DNA of 64,000 nt from Mobula hypostoma (taxonomy: Eukaryota), in the NCBI RefSeq assembly GCF_963921235.1, contig NC_086108.1, positions 42,968,001 through 43,032,000 on the forward strand. Direction: 5' to 3'. The notes below the pieces were generated by a model. It saw only the letters and a program-made list of their open reading frames with translations, did not search any database and had not been told where the DNA came from. The translations under genes and the position numbers were made by a program. Shown here one piece after another: positions 53,461 to 64,000 of the stretch. Every line of letters begins with the position of its first letter. The first letter of the stretch is position 1.

Positions 53461-55234
53461 GATTTTGTAGTTTGAAAAGAAAATGATGTTTTTAATACCT
53501 AGAGGAAAATTAATATAAATGGTTTTAAGTGTGATGCTGTTGTGTATTTCTTTGTTTACTCAGATGTTCTAATTAGAAACTTGGAGACAATGTCATACAG
53601 ATAAAATAGAATGAGCAAAATTGTGCTTTCACCATGTATCAATATTGAATCAACTACTACAAAATATAGAAGGTATCAAGAAATAACCTTCCAACACCCC
53701 CATATCCCCCCCCAACCATATCTTCCTCAAGTAGTGCTCAGATTTTTGATCACTGCTTTTCCTGCAGTGTCTTAACACCAATTTGATTTCTTCTTATTTT
53801 TCAATAAGGGTGTATGGCGAAGTACTCTCCACAGCAATTCTTTGAAACAAGCCAAGTTTAAAATTGCTTTGAATTTTTTAAAAACTCGGATCTGTGATGG
53901 AGGATAAAATTTCTTAATCTGACAAATTAACTTTGAGCACCATGGGAGTGATGTTGGAATAGATTTGATACCTACGACGTCCATTCTCACTTCAGCCACA
54001 GTAATTTAAAAGGTAGTTAGTAGTTTCTGAACAATTCAATTGCAATGTCACAAAGAATAACCACACCCTTTGATTTAAACAAGGAAAGTATTTTGTGAGC
54101 AGATTTCATTCCTTAAATTTCTTTTTCAACCCTGATCCACTCTTGTCCTTTAAAAATAGGAAGACCTATATCTTTGTAGCCAAACAAATGTGTGTAAATT
54201 TTAAGACTGTACATTTAATGTTTTAAAATTATTCTACATTCTTACTACATTATACAATTCAGTCGTGATTATGAAATAGTCTGAATATTTAAGCAAGTGC
54301 TGTACAATAACCTAAGCTATTTCACGATTGGCTTCACATGAGCTATATTACACTTTTAATGCAGGTTCATTGGAATATCTTAAACTTCTTTCATTTTAAA
54401 TACTCCTTTGTCTCCTTAACTTTAAACTTGACCAATGTTTTGATGGCAGTTGGTGGAGTTCAACCAGGTTGATTGATGTGATAGCCAATTTGTTATGTAA
54501 AAGGAGATTAACCATTCTGAGTTATGATTTTATTCGGGATGCCAGGATGATTTTATTCCATCTGAGTCATCTCAGACAACCAAGGACCATAATCTCAAAA
54601 TAGGGTGTTAATCATTCAGGCCAGATGTGGAAAGAAATTTCACCCTAAGAGTAATGAATTGTCGGGACTCACTACCTTCAGGGCTGAGTATTCAGTCACT
54701 AATTACTGTAACATTTAAGAAAGAGACTCATATTATTTGGTAATCATGATAGCCTATTCCTTCTATTTCTTATGTTAAATGACATATTATTTCCCTATGC
54801 AGGAATATACAATGCTGTTCAGCATTTCTGTGAACCTGGGTCATGTTGCTGTTAAAACATACTGTATAAAATCTTGATGATGGGGAGCTAGTCATTTAAG
54901 AGTCGCTGCCAGCACTGAATTGTTTCAAGTTAATGGTGTGAGGTTTATTGTTGTATAACATGCATTTGATATGTTGAAAGTGACTCTGGTTCCTAATTAA
55001 AGTTCTAATTGGCTTCACTTTTATATATCCTATGAGCATCAAGACAATTCCTCATTTAAGAATGGGAAAATTTCATAGCTAGACAGTCTGAGGTATTCTT
55101 ATTCATCTTTAATTGGATCATACTCTTGTCCACATGGTAAAGATTATTTATTTTGAAATATGAAATGTTAAAATTGAGTTTTACTTCCAACATTATCACA
55201 AGTATTTTTACCTTTCTAACCTTTCAGTTGCTAT

Positions 55235-55620
55235 ATTCAGGTTTGCTAATGATACCAATGTTGTGGGCTGGGTCGGGGGAGTGTGACGAATCAACGTATC
55301 AAGAACATTAAAAATCTGGCTGAGTGGTGCTGCAATGACAACCTCTTACTTAGTGTCAGCAAGACTGAGGAACTGATTTTTGACTTCAGGAGGAGGAGGT
55401 TGTTGGTCTATGAGCCAGTCTTCAATGGAGGATCAGAGGTGGAGAGGGTCAGCAAATTTAAATTCCTCAGTAACACTTTGGAGAACCTGTCCTGACTCCA
55501 GCCCGTAGTGCAATTACAATGAAAGCACAGAAGCGCCTCTGCTTCATTGGGGGTTTGCGAAGATTCAGCATGACATCTACGTCTTTGACAAACTTCTGTA
55601 GACGTGCAGTGGAGAATGCA
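55235..55620 (+). mobile_element. Rex/Babar RT fragment
   Basis: RFANDTNVVG, WCCNDNLLLSVSKTEELIFDFRR. Confidence 0.75.
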
Positions 55621-55639
55621 GCACCTATTTTTTTATATA

Positions 55640-56420
55640 TAAAAGTATTCACCCCCTTGGAAGTTTTCATGTTTTATTGTTTTGCAACATTGAATCACAG
55701 TGGATTTAATATTGCTTTTATTGACATTGATCAACAGAAAAAGACTCGTGTCGAAGTGAGAACAGATCTCTACAAAGTGATCTAAATTAATTAGAGCACA
55801 AAATTGATGCATAAGTATTCCCCCCCCGCCCCACATCAGATCACTGATGCTCAATTGGTTTTAGAAGTCACATAATTAGTTAAATAGAGATCTGTTTTTG
55901 GAGGCGTGTGCAGTCAAGATGCTTTAATTGATTGTCGTAAAAATACACGAATATCTGGAAGCTCCAACTGCTGGTAAGTCAGTATCCTGACAAAAACTAC
56001 ACCATGAAGACAAAAGAACACTCCAAGCAACTCTGTGACAAGGTTAGTGAAAAGCACAAGTCAGGAGATAGATACAAGAAAATTTCCAAGTCACTGAATA
56101 TCCCTTGGAGTAGTTAAGTCAATTATCAAGAAATGGAAAGAATATGGCACAGCTGTAAATCTGCCTAGAGAAGGCTGTCCTCAAACACTGAGTGACTGTA
56201 AGAAGAGGACTAGTGGGAGAGGCCACCAAGACACCCATGACAATTCCGGAGAAGTTACAAGCTTCAGTGGCTGAGATGGGAGAGACTATGCAGACAATCG
56301 GTGCCCAGATGTTTCACCAGTTGCAGCTTTATGGGAGAGTGGCAAAGAGAAAGCCACTGTTGGGGGGGGGGGGGTCACATGAAATTCCAGCTAGAGTTTT
56401 CCAGAGGGCATGTGGGAACC
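55640..56420 (+). mobile_element. Tc1-family transposon 5' fragment
   Basis: aaaagtattcacccc TIR-like motif with inner repeat; MKTKEHSKQL..HKSG..YKKISKSLNIPWS HTH. Confidence 0.8.
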
Positions 56421-56429
56421 CCTGGTTTA

Positions 56430-58123
56430 AAGAATTCACACTTCTTGTGTCGTACTCTGAGCCCATAATCTTTTTTTAATACTGTCTTGAGCTTTGGAGA
56501 TATTCCTTCTCATCCTTATTCTTATCTGGTAACAGTGATGTCACCCAGGTAACACTAATGGCCTGGACAGCCTGGTCCATAGATTTCTGCCAGAGTGCAG
56601 GGTGCAGATGCTACTCCAAAAATAAACCTATAATAGCAACAAAACTCTTTGGAGTCTTCTTCCATCTCCATCTGTAGATAGACCTACGCTAAGTCCTCAT
56701 TGATGAAGTGTTTTCCTCCAGGAAGGTTTGCAAAGATATCCTCTATCATGGACAGAGGGTATTGATCTTTCAGTACTAGCTTGATGGTGACCTTAAAATC
56801 ACCACAAATCCTGACAGACCCATCCTTGGCTACTGGTACCACTGGCATTGGCCCTGGGCTCCACTCAATCTTGGAAAGATTTTCTTTCGCCTCCATGCGA
56901 TGTACCTTACTGACTACTTTATCACGGATGGTATCAGGAACCGGATGGGCTTCGCAAAACTTGGATGTGGCATTTTCATTTAACACTATTTTACCCTTGA
57001 TATGTTTGAGTTTTTCAGTGCCCTCCTTGAACACTGCTGTGGCATGATCCAGTACATTTCTTAATTCACTTTCAGTTGACTCTATTGCAAGGTGTTTGGC
57101 AAGCAAATGGTGGATAGATCTCCAATCAAGTTATTGTCTGAGCTAATCACGGACCCTTCCTGTTCTAACCATATACAAACAATCTGTTACAAATGTCATT
57201 CCCACAGATCTTTTCTCCAGTATAAGTTATTAGCTGGACATCTGCAGGCTTCAGTTCAGTATTTTTGAAATGCCTTTCAAACTCATTTTGAGTAATGACT
57301 GAAACCAATTCCATTTTAATTAATTTGCCATTCACTTCTGGTGTAGGCCATATTGCTTGTCTGTTAGTTTTCACGTTGTAAATCTCAAGGTTACCTAGTT
57401 TCACTCTCATTATCAGATTTTTCTTCAACAGCATGCACATTAGTGTTGTTTTTTGAAACTGCAACTTGACTTTTCTTTTTCTCCTTCCTGTGCATTTTGT
57501 TTATCTCGTCTACTTGACCTGTTTTCATATGAATCCTACTTTGTTGCATTTTCTGCATGTTTTACCTTTTAAACCTGCATTGGTCTGGTGTAGGTCAGCC
57601 CCTACCACAACAGTAACACAATTTGTTTAAGCCGGCAGGTTTCTGTTTAGGCATTGCAATTTGTTCACACTCACTTTCAATTCTGACTGCGTCTCAATTG
57701 CGTCTCTCGCTGCAGTTTCCGTTGATACAGTGATTTCAACTTCTCTTTTAAATGGGAGTTGTGCTTCAGTTAGGGGCAGTTTTTTTTACTGCTTTCTTGT
57801 AAGATTCCACAAATTAAACAATCTCTCAGTGCATCATTAAACCCATCAAATAACTGCCAAAGCTTAGACAATTTCTTCTTTTTAGCCACGTAAGCTGAAA
57901 TGAATCGGCTACCTATGAAACATAAAATTTCTCCACTCGACAACAGTTACGTTCCGTCTGCCGAGTTTTTCTTTAGCGAGGTGCGCATATAAACGTGGTG
58001 GCGTAATGACGTGTGCTTTTCACGTACTTACAAACAACTTATGATTAATTATGTAAGCAAACAATGTTTAATCAACAATATAATTACAATGTTCCTTAAA
58101 TATTGCTGAAATATTAAATACAC
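56430..58123 (-). mobile_element. Decayed gypsy element (partial LTR, gag, protease, RT), same family as 9814-12580
   Basis: PVVPVAKDGSVRICGDFKVTI RT motif; CCHC-like gag remnant; 57960-58123 aligns with the LTR at 11360-11490 plus 12530-12580. Confidence 0.85.
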
Positions 58124-58186
58124 TAGAGAAGGTGGTGCGGGCTGGTTGCCAGCGGACGTGTCGGGGTGGGAGGTGATGTGGTCACC

Positions 58187-58222
58187 ATGGCGGCGGCGCG
58201 CTGTCCCGCAATGGCGCCATGA
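58187..58222 (+). promoter_or_regulatory. Upstream ORF MAAARCPAMAP* (second in-frame ATG at 58211), stop overlapping the MFSD14A start
   Basis: caccATGG and gcaATGG are strong Kozak contexts; TGA 58220-58222 overlaps ATG 58219 and ATG 58222. Confidence 0.6.
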
Positions 58223-58302
58223 TGTCAAACAAGAAGAAGAGGAAGCGGCTCCACCGCAGTGTTATGCTGGCCAAGAAGATCATCATTAAGGATGGAGGCA
58301 CG
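58219..58302 (+). CDS. MFSD14A: MFSD14A (HIAT1) first coding exon, MMSNKKKRKRLHRSVMLAKKIIIKDGGT; the rest of the gene lies beyond the window
   Basis: Matches the recognisable MFSD14A N-terminus (KKK.R..RS.MLAKKIIIKDGGT); strong donor gtgagt at 58303, phase 0; in-frame TGA upstream at 58174; lies downstream of SLC35A3 as in mammals. Confidence 0.93.
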
Positions 58303-58921
58303 GTGAGTAACGTCGGGGCCTGAAGAGTCAATGGGCGCCGGTCGATAGTGTGAGGGTGCGGGAGGCGCGGCTGTCGGTGGCCCACATGGCTTCTCCCTTC
58401 GGAGTGCTGTGTGGATGGTGTTCAGCGGCGGTACTTGCAGTCCTGCCGTCACCGACCGTACCGTAATTTGCGATCGACCCTCTGCACCAGCATCTACCAG
58501 AGCGGGCTTTTTGCACCTACCCTACCTCACACCCGGTTCTCGGGTTCTGATCTCCGACAGGGTTCTCCTTGTCACCGTAATAAACACACGCCAGGAATGC
58601 GCCTGTGTCGGAATGCAACCCTCAATCCTTGGTTCTTCAGGTTGCTGTGGATAGGGTTAACCTCCTAATCCAGTATTAATAAATACGTGCACGTAAATCA
58701 TTCTCCAAGTTCTTAAGTACAAATGAAAGGAGAAGGGCTGTAGCTTCAAAGCAAAAATGTACTTCTCAGTTCATGGCTTCTCAAAAAAAAAATCGTTTTA
58801 ATTGCAGCAAAAAATATGGAAGAAGAAAATACATGACTGACAAGAAAGTGGTGCTGGTGTTAGTATGAGAAAACGAAAAAAACTTAGAGGATACTCCTTT
58901 GTCACGATTCTGGTGACATTC

Positions 58922-60258
58922 ATAATAGGTGCAGGAGTAGGCCATTCGGCCCTTCGAGCCAGCACCGACATTCACTGTAATCATGGCTGATCATCCACAA
59001 TCAATATCCAGTTCCTGCCTTATCCCCATAACCTTTGATTCCGCTATCTCTAAGAGCTCTATCCATCTCTTTCTTGAAAGCATCCAGAGACTTGGCCTCC
59101 ACTGCCTTCTGGGGCAGAGCATTCCACATATCCACCACTCTCTGGGTGAAAAAGTTTTTCCTCAACTCCATTCTAAATGGCCTACCCCTTATTCTTAAAC
59201 TGTGGCCTCTGGTTCTGGACTCACCCATCAGTGGGAACATGCTTCCTGCCTCCAGCGTGTCCAATCCCTTAATAATCTTATATGTTTCAATCAGATCCCC
59301 TCTCATCCTTCTAAATTCCAGTGTATACAAGCCCAGTCGCTCCAATCTTTCAACATTTGACAGTCCCGCCATCCCGGGAATTAACCTTGTGAACCTACGC
59401 TGCACTCCCTCAATAGCAAGAATGTCCTTCCTCAAATTTGGAGACCAAAACTGCACACAATACTCCAGGTGTGGTCTCACCAGGGCCCTGTACAGCTGCA
59501 GAAGGACCTCTTTGCTCCTATACTCATGCTGTCAGAGCAGTGCTGCCAGGATAATCAAGGACACAACCCACCCAGCCAACACACTTTTCGTCCCAGAGGC
59601 TCAGGAGCTTGAAGACTCGTATGGCCAGATTTGGGAACAGCTTCTTTCCAACTGTGATAAGACTGCTGAACGGGTCCTGACCTGGATCTGAGCCATACCC
59701 TCCAAATATCCGGACCTGCCTCTCGGTTTTTTTGCACTACCTTACTTTCCCTTTTCTATTTTCTTTTTATGATTTATAATTTAAATTTTTAATATTTACT
59801 ATCAATTTGTACTCCAGGGAGCATGAAGAGCAGAATGAAATATTGCTGTGATGATTGTACGCTCTAGTATCAATTGTTTGGCGACAATAAAGTATAAAGT
59901 ATACTCAATTCCCCTTGTTATGAAGGCCAGCATGCCATTAGCTTTCTTCACTGCCTGCTGTACCTGCATGCTTGCTTTCAGTGACTGATGTACAAGAACA
60001 CCTAGATCTCGTTGTACTTCCCCTTTTCCTAACTTGACTCCATTTAGATAATAATCTGCCTTCCTGTTCTTACCACCAAAGTGGATAACCTCACATTTAT
60101 CTACATTAAACTACATCTGCTATGCATCCGCCCACTCATCCAGCCTGTCCAAGTCACCCTGCATTCTCATAACATCCTCCTCACATTTCACACTGCCACC
60201 CAGCTTTGTGTCATCTGCAAATTTGCTAATGTTACTTTTAATCCCTTCATTTAAATAA
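58922..60258 (-). mobile_element. Young CR1 LINE 3' fragment
   Basis: 159-aa open CR1 ORF2 C-terminus; KFADDTKLGG at the 5' end. Confidence 0.9.
59527..59899 (+). mobile_element. Rex/Babar 3' fragment nested in the CR1
   Basis: ARIIKDTTHPANTLF; TSD tatactca at 59519-59526 and 59900-59907; (taaagta) tail. Confidence 0.8.
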
Positions 60259-60389
60259 TTTTATGCTCTATGATTGAAATAAGTTAGAGTTGGGTAGACT
60301 GGTAAATACATATGGATAGGGGAAAGAAGCTTAAAATGAGAAAAGGATTAAACCTCATTGGTAGAGATAAAGACAATTGACAGCATTAT

Positions 60390-63300
60390 ATTCAAAGGTC
60401 AAAGTAAATTTATTACCAAAGTACATGTATGTCACCAGATACAACTGGAGATTCTTTTTCTTGCAGGCATACTTAGTAAATCCAATAACCATAATGGAGT
60501 TAATGAAGTACAGCATCCGACAGAGTGCACAACCAGTCAGCAAAAGACAACAAACCGCAAATACAAAAGAAAAAAATAATAATAAACAAATAAGCAATAA
60601 ATATTGAGAACATGAGGTAAAGAGTCTTTGAATCCATAGGTTATAGCAGGGGTCCCCAACCTTTTTTTGCACTGCGGACTGGTTTCGCGTTGACAATATT
60701 CTTGCGGACCGGCCGACCGGGGGGGGGGACGGGGGGAGGATGGTTGCCAACGGACAAGAGTAGCAGTCAAATACGTTGTGTTTACCCAGAGAAAGACTAC
60801 AATGACCGTGGAGCCTTGCACAGGCACCAGTGCGCATGTGTGACTTGCGCATGCGTGCACCTGCCGATTATTTTTCTACAAATCGTTTTTGGCGATTCTT
60901 TTTGGGGGTTGGGGTGGGGGGGGGGTTGTTAATCACGACCGGAATATCGGTGATAAGTGGCTAATACACTCAATTTCGTTTCTAAAAGGGTTTATCTAAC
61001 GAATTTAATATTAAACACACAGCACATATTTTCCTCGCATGAATATAGCGATAAGTCAATTATCAGGGGAGGACAGGGGAGCTTGAAGTAAGTGTTGAAC
61101 GAACTTCCAGTAGAAGTGTCAGAAACAGGTTCGATATGATCATTTAAAGTTAAATTGGATAGGTATATGGATAGGAAAGGAATGGAGGGTTATGGGCTGA
61201 GTGCGGGTCGGTGGGACGAGGTGAGAGTAGCGTTCGGCACAAACTAGAAGGGCAGAGATGGCCTGTTTCCGTGCTGTAATTGTTATATGGTTATATAAGT
61301 CAATAGCATCATAACATTTTAAGTAACATTTGGATATTAGACACACTGCGCATATTTTCCCCGTATGAACATATAAAATCATTGCAACGCACCAATATCG
61401 CTGAATCAGTGGAAGCCCTGGGCTTGTTTTCCTGCAATAAGACGGTCCTATTGAGGGGTGATGGGAGACAATGATACTCTAATGGGGTTCCTTATGTCCA
61501 GTATAATCCACAATTTAGTTTTTGTTACATTCATCGCAGAGATATGTTGGAAATGGAAGCAACGTTTTCGGTGCTTCAGTGGCTGTCTCAGGATATTGAG
61601 CCTTGACTTTGATCCAGAAATCCGGCAGATATGTTATGTCAAACATACTTTTCAGCCCGCCGTCATTTGCAAGCTCAAGGAGTTGATCTCCTTCCTGCGC
61701 TGACCTGTATGACGCGCGGGTAATGACCTCACGTGTGTAATGGCTCTACAGTGGCCGTGACAGGGAATGAGGAAAGGTGCAGCTGACTCCTATCGCCAAA
61801 TCATATCGTTTCCTCGCGGCCCGGTAGCGCATGCTTTGCGGCCTGGTACCGGTCCATGGCCCGGTGGTTGGGGACTGCTGGGTTACAGGAAGAGTTCGGC
61901 GATGGGACAAGTGGAGTTGAGTAAGTTATCTCCTCTGGTTCAAGAGCCTGATGGATGTGGGGTAATAACTGTTCCTGAACATGGTGGTGTGAGACCTGAG
62001 GTTCCTGTACCACCTTCCTGATGGCAGCAACAAGAAGAGAGCATGACCTGGGTGATGGGGGGGGCCCCTGATGATGGATGCTGTTTTCCCGTGACGATGG
62101 TGCTTTCCATATAGATGTGCTCAGTGGTAGTGAGGGCTTTACTGTGGGAGACAGAACCATATCCGCTATTTGTAGGATTTTCTGTTCAAGAACATTAGGA
62201 TTTGCATACCAGGCTGTGATGAAGCCAGTCAATATACTCTCCATCACACATCTACAGAAATTTATCAAAGTTTTAGATGTCATGTCAAATCTTCTCAAAC
62301 TTCTAAGGAAGTAAAAGGTGCTGCTGTAATTGCACTTGCATGCTGGGTCCAGGACAGGTCCTCTGAAATTATAACACTGAGGAATTTAAAGTTGCTCACC
62401 CTGTCTACCTCTGATCCCCAATGAAGACAGGCTCATAGACCTCTGGTTTCCTTCTCCTGATGTCAACAATCATATCCTTGGTCCTGCTGACATTGAGTAA
62501 GAGGTTGCTGTTGTGCCACCACTCAGCCAGATTTTCAAATTACTCTCCTAATTGCTGACTCGTCGCCACCTTTGATTCAGCCAGTGGCAGTGGTGGGGTC
62601 AGCAAATTTAAATATGGTGTTGGAGCTGTGCTTAGCCACACGGTCATAAATGTAAAGTAAGTAGATTGGGGGCTAAGCACACAGCCTTGTGGCAGACCTG
62701 TGCTGATGAAGACTGTGGAGATGTTGCCAATCTAAACTGACTTTGGTCTGTAAGTGAGGAAATCGAGGATGGAATTGTACTAGGAGGTACTGTATTGATG
62801 CCAAGATCTTGAAGCTTATTGATTAGTTCTGAGGGGATGATAGAATTAAATCCTGAGCTGTAGTCAATAAGGAGCATCCTAATGTATGCATCTTTGCTGT
62901 CTAGATGTTCCAGGGATGAGTGAAGAGCTAATGATATAGCATTTGCTATGGATCTGTTGTGCTGGTAGGCAATCTGGAGTGCATGCAGTTCACTTCTCAG
63001 GCAGGAGTTGGTGTGTTTCATCGCTAACCTTTCAAAACACTTCATTGCTGTGGGTGTAAATGCTACTGGACAACAGTCATTGAGGCAGGTTACCATGTTC
63101 TTCTTGGGCACCAGTATAATCGAAGCTTGCTTGAAGCAGGTGGGTTCCTCAGACTGCTGAAGATCTCAGGGAATTCTGCATCCAGTTGATCAGCACAGGT
63201 CTTTAGTCCTCAGCCAGGTATCCCATCTGAGTCAGATGCTTTCCATAGGTTCACCCTCCTGAAGGATGCTTTCATGTCATCCTCAGACTGAAATCACAGG

Positions 63301-63470
63301 GTCATTGGGAGCTGTGGGAGATCGTGATGGTTACTCCTTGTTTTGACGGTCAAAGCGAGCATCGAAGGCATTGAGCTCATCTGGAGATGAAACCCTTTTG
63401 TCACCTGTGTTGCTCGATTTCACTTTCTAAGAGGTAATAGCATTCAAGCCCTACCACGGCTGTTCAAAAT
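60390..63470 (-). mobile_element. Decayed Rex/Babar LINE, split by a hAT element
   Basis: CLNDCCPVAFTPTAMKCFER, IDYSSGFNSIIP, ESILTGFITAWY. Confidence 0.85.
60647..61880. mobile_element. Non-autonomous hAT/Charlie element with a transposase remnant and an internal CR1 tail
   Basis: TIRs caggggtccccaacc / ggttggggactgctg; TSD ggttatag / ggttacag; - strand remnant LPDFWIKVKAQYPE...LLPFPTYLC at ~61530-61680. Confidence 0.85.
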
Positions 63471-64000
63471 GTTTGATCAATGTATGTTTTCTCCCAAGTA
63501 TAAAGTATTGGATTATATATTGGTTGTGATAGAAAGAATTTTCAGTTGCTTATGTAAGGATTGTGGACATAAGTGCACGAACCGCTATGAATGTGAACTT
63601 TTAAAAGCCAGTTTTCCCAGGAAGTCCAGTGGCCATGTTTGTTTGCAGATGATATGTTTACAGGTAGTTTTACTTCGAATAGCAGGTAGAGCTTGGATGA
63701 ATTTCCACAATCTCCTTCGGCACTACACCTCAAAGGCTTAGCCCCCTGCTCTATTCACACTGTATTTATAATCATAATTCATAATTATAGCTTTATGATC
63801 CCATCATCTCAGTGGAAATGAGAATTGACTTCCACCAACTACCCTCCCCTTGGAAATTAATGGGCGGGCTGTGTTTGTGGTCGAGTCATTCAAATTCCTA
63901 GTGACTATTACCATACATTGAAGTGGGACAAGACATTACATTCATCACTAGGAAAGCCCAGCAGAGATTGTTCTTCCTACGCCAGCTTAGGAAACTTAAT

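Larger units (their letters stand above)
57935..58620 (+). promoter_or_regulatory. CpG-rich promoter/first-exon region of MFSD14A
   Basis: High CpG density against a CpG-depleted background, centred on a first coding exon. Confidence 0.75.

Noticed and set aside
59035..59691. Longest ORF in the window (218 aa, +)
   Set aside because: Antisense shadow of a CR1 ORF2 joined to a Rex fragment; not a host gene.

Overview
Eukaryotic genomic DNA from a vertebrate. The repeat complement (CR1, Rex/Babar, HE1-like V-SINE, Penelope-derived hairpins) suggests a cartilaginous fish, probably a ray; this is inference. The window holds the complete coding sequence of SLC35A3 (Golgi UDP-GlcNAc transporter): 7 coding exons on +, 17847-48774, 981 nt, 326 aa, all introns GT-AG with consistent phases. 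The non-coding first exon was not found and probably lies upstream of the window. About 9.4 kb downstream on the same strand is the CpG-rich first exon of MFSD14A/HIAT1 (58219-58302), the same gene order as in mammals. Most of the rest is decayed and often nested transposable elements: RTE, CR1 and Rex/Babar LINEs, Penelope, gypsy LTR elements, hAT, Tc1, Tigger and MITEs. I found no new protein-coding system. The best leads are: (1) a gypsy LTR ending about 96 bp upstream of the MFSD14A start that has kept CpGs its intronic sister copy has lost; (2) a uORF whose stop overlaps the MFSD14A start (ATGA); (3) a dispersed family of Penelope-derived fold-back elements with minimal hammerhead-ribozyme cores, one inside the putative SLC35A3 3'UTR; (4) a four-level nested insertion resolvable by target-site duplications. 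Repeat boundaries are approximate unless a TSD or TIR is cited.
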